A DNA stretch of 36,278 nt. Origin: Octopus bimaculoides. Its lineage: Eukaryota. Below are positions 34,094-36,278 of the stretch, piece after piece. Positions within the stretch are counted from its first letter, which is position 1. Every line of letters begins with the position of its first letter. Both the position numbers and the translations under genes were made by a program. The notes beneath the pieces are model-generated. The model saw only the letters and a list, made by a program, of their open reading frames with translations. It was not told the origin of the DNA and ran no database searches. The stretch lies in assembly GCF_001194135.2 (NCBI RefSeq), contig NC_068984.1:73261605-73297882 (forward strand), read 5' to 3'.

Positions 34094-34246
34094 AGGTGTA
34101 GGCCTGTTTGTGTGGCAAATATTTTACTTCTCAACCTTGTGGTTCCGAGTTCAGTCTTGCAGCGTGGCAACTTGGGTATCTTCTATTATAGCTTCGGACC
34201 TTGTGAGTGCATTTGGTAGACGGAAACTGAAAAGCAGCCCGTCGTA
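34094..34246 (+). mobile_element. 5' half of a split SINE family A copy
   Basis: ggttccgagttcagtc..gcgtggcaacttggg..ttgtgagtgcatttggtagacggaaactgaaa..cccgtcgta, then (TA)n. Confidence 0.85.
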
Positions 34247-34276
34247 TGTATATGTATATGTATATATATATATACA

Positions 34277-34661
34277 CGACGGGCTATTAAATAGAGTAAG
34301 AACAGCTTAATCAGTTTTTGAAATTAGGTTTTCGTCAGAGGTGTCAACATCTATCACCAATTAGAGGCAGCAATCTGTTTATAAACTCAATAAATCTTGT
34401 AGCTACAGAAAAGTAGTATTACTGATTTGCCTGCCGTAGGTGTTTAGCACTTGATTTAATAGCAGCGGTTTGTCAACAAGTATTTCATTCTAAACCGAGT
34501 TTTACCTTTTTTTTTTTTTTTTTGCAGGGCTTAGAAAAACTGAAGGACCGCTGCAAGAAGTGCATGAATCTGAGAAGGAAATATCTTCAATAAAATCATA
34601 ATTAACTAATGCTACTGTAATTTCTTTTACCAAAAGCCAGGAAATTTTCAGTACTCCTTCG
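34277..34661 (+). mobile_element. Mariner-derived non-autonomous element inserted in the SINE's internal (TA)n
   Basis: The 3' part encodes AGLEKLKDRCKKCMNLRRKYLQ* and ends in a TIR (gccaggaaattttcagtactccttcg|TA) shared with the 30629 MITE. The left boundary is uncertain. Confidence 0.65.
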
Positions 34662-34717
34662 TATATATACTTTGTATAATAGATATATAGATCAAACCCA
34701 TCCGCACAAATATGCGC

Positions 34718-34749
<32 letters not shown>

Positions 34750-34836
34750 ATATTTATATATATATACACACACACACACGTATGTACGCATCATGTATGT
34801 ATGTGTATGTGTTTGTATGCATGTTTTTTTTTTAGT

Positions 34837-35046
34837 ATGCGTTTGTGCCCCACCAAACGGTGTTTGTGTGTTCATGTCCCCGTCAACTAGCGGTTCAGCA
34901 AAAGAGTACGATTGAATAAGTTCTAAGCTTTGAAACAATGACAAAGAGCACTGGAACTGATTCATTTGACTAAAACTTCTTCGACTCGGTGCTCCAGCAT
35001 GGCTGCAGTTTAATGACTGAGATAAAAAAGAATAAAAGATAAAAGA
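34837..35046 (+). mobile_element. 3' half of the split SINE family A copy
   Basis: gtccccgt..ctagcggttc.gcaaaagag..gaataagt..ggtgctccagcatggctgcagtttaatgactga..(ataaaag)n. Confidence 0.85.
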
Positions 35047-35180
35047 TATGTATGTACGTATGTATGTATGTATGTATGTATGTATGTAGGTATGTATGTA
35101 AGTATGTATGTATGTATAGATAGATAGACAGACTGACAGACAGGTAGATAGATAAATAGATAGATAGATAGATAGATAGA

Positions 35181-35328
35181 TTTTTTTATTAGCCACACAG
35201 GGCTCAACATAGATGGGACAAATACAATGTAGAGTTTTTCTTTTCGAGGGGACGAGAAAAAATGGGGATAACGATCAAAAGGTATAGAAAAACGTTTGGG
35301 GTATGTAAAAAAAAAAAATCCCAAGAAA
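35181..35328 (-). mobile_element. 3' UTR end of the L1/Tx1-like LINE
   Basis: Near-duplicate of 35786-36000 (ttattagccacacagg.ctcaaca.aga.gggacaaa..aatgtagagtttttcttttcgagggg). AATAAA on the minus strand, ending at (GATA)n. Confidence 0.75.
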
Positions 35329-35785
35329 TACTGCTGCTGCTGTTGCCAGTGGTGATCATAGCAGACATAGCTTTCATATTGGTGGTGGTGGTGGTGGTGG
35401 TAAGAGGGCTGTCAATATGTGCGGTTGCTGTTTTGATGACGTTCTTAGAAATTTCTTTTTGTGTGCGCGTGCAGTTTTCATTCTTTTTCTTCTCTAGCGT
35501 TCCAAGGCTAGGGAAGTGATGTTCGAAGAACGGACTGGAACAGCGTTCCAAAACAATGTTTTTCGACATTTTCCCAAATGCCGAGAAAAAATTTATATTT
35601 TGACGGGGCTGGAACTGCCCCTAGGGGCCAATTCCTCCCTTCGAAAAAATATACAAATGAAGCTTGGGTGCTTCGCACAGATTATATGAAAAAAGTTTTA
35701 ACAAATGTGGGCAATATAAGGTAAAAAAAAAACGTTTACCTCTGCAGCCGATGTGACAGCACGTCCGTCAGTAGAGATAGATATG

Positions 35786-36278
35786 TTTCTTTATTAGCCA
35801 CACAGGACTCAACACAGAGGGGACAAAATACAAATGTAGAGTTTTTCTTTTCGAGGGGGGCGAAAACAAAGCAGTAAAAAAAAACAAAAGTGGGGACAAC
35901 GATGAAAAAAATAAATAAATAAATAAATAAATAAAAACATCGCAAAACGTTTGGGTATTTACAAAAAATACGAAATAATACAGAAAATTCCCAAGAAATG
36001 GGGAGGTTTTCCATGGAAAGAAAAACCTACGAAAAGACCACGGTAACCTCTGTCATTTTAATGTCACAAATTACATTACACACTTTTATTTATGAAAGGA
36101 AAAAAAGTAAGTAACTCTCTAGGTTTACCGTTTTATAGAATCATGGTCAAGGTGGTTTCGTCATTTATACGTGCCATTCTTGCTACATGTATCTAACTTT
36201 TTTCGAAACATTTGCTAGACAACACTTGCCTCTCTACTCTCACCTTCCTTTTCAAGTGATACTTGAAAAAGTTGATTA
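35786..36278 (-). mobile_element. L1/Tx1-like LINE 3' end: ORF2 C-terminus plus complete 3' UTR, running off the window edge
   Basis: Peptide INFFKYHLKRKVRVERQVLSSKCFEKS*IHVARMARINDETTLTMIL*, followed by a UTR ending in AATAAA. Homologous to 1254-1592. Confidence 0.75.

Noticed and set aside
35400-35760. Putative TIR pair (gggctgtca / tgacagcac) between the two LINE tails
   Set aside because: Only about 8 matching bases and no TSD, which is expected by chance.

Overview
This is animal (eukaryotic) genomic DNA: AT-rich, packed with microsatellites and broken by many N gaps. The repeat families look like those I recall from octopus/cephalopod genomes (inference, not verified). I found no intact protein-coding gene, rRNA, CRISPR array or prokaryotic system, and most listed ORFs are translations of microsatellites or N runs. 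The window is a transposon graveyard. It holds three Penelope-like retroelement (PLE) fragments with recognisable RT-thumb and/or GIY-YIG motifs, short PLE pLTR-like repeats with degenerate hammerhead-ribozyme motifs, and three L1/Tx1-like LINE 3' ends. It also holds at least three tRNA-derived SINE families, a Hsmar1-like mariner transposase remnant, mariner-derived MITEs and two other TIR elements. Four observations stand out. (i) Two full-length tRNA bodies are each followed about 27-30 nt downstream by the 3' tail motif of the dominant SINE: a near-perfect tRNA-Gly body carrying an Asp (GTC) anticodon, and a decayed tRNA-His. (ii) A hammerhead-core motif sits just upstream of the Gly/Asp tRNA. 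(iii) A PLE GIY-YIG domain is split by a 581-nt trinucleotide-rich insert whose removal restores the frame. (iv) The same PLE has a 5' inversion with twin-priming geometry. All homology calls come from my recall of family motifs, not from database searches.
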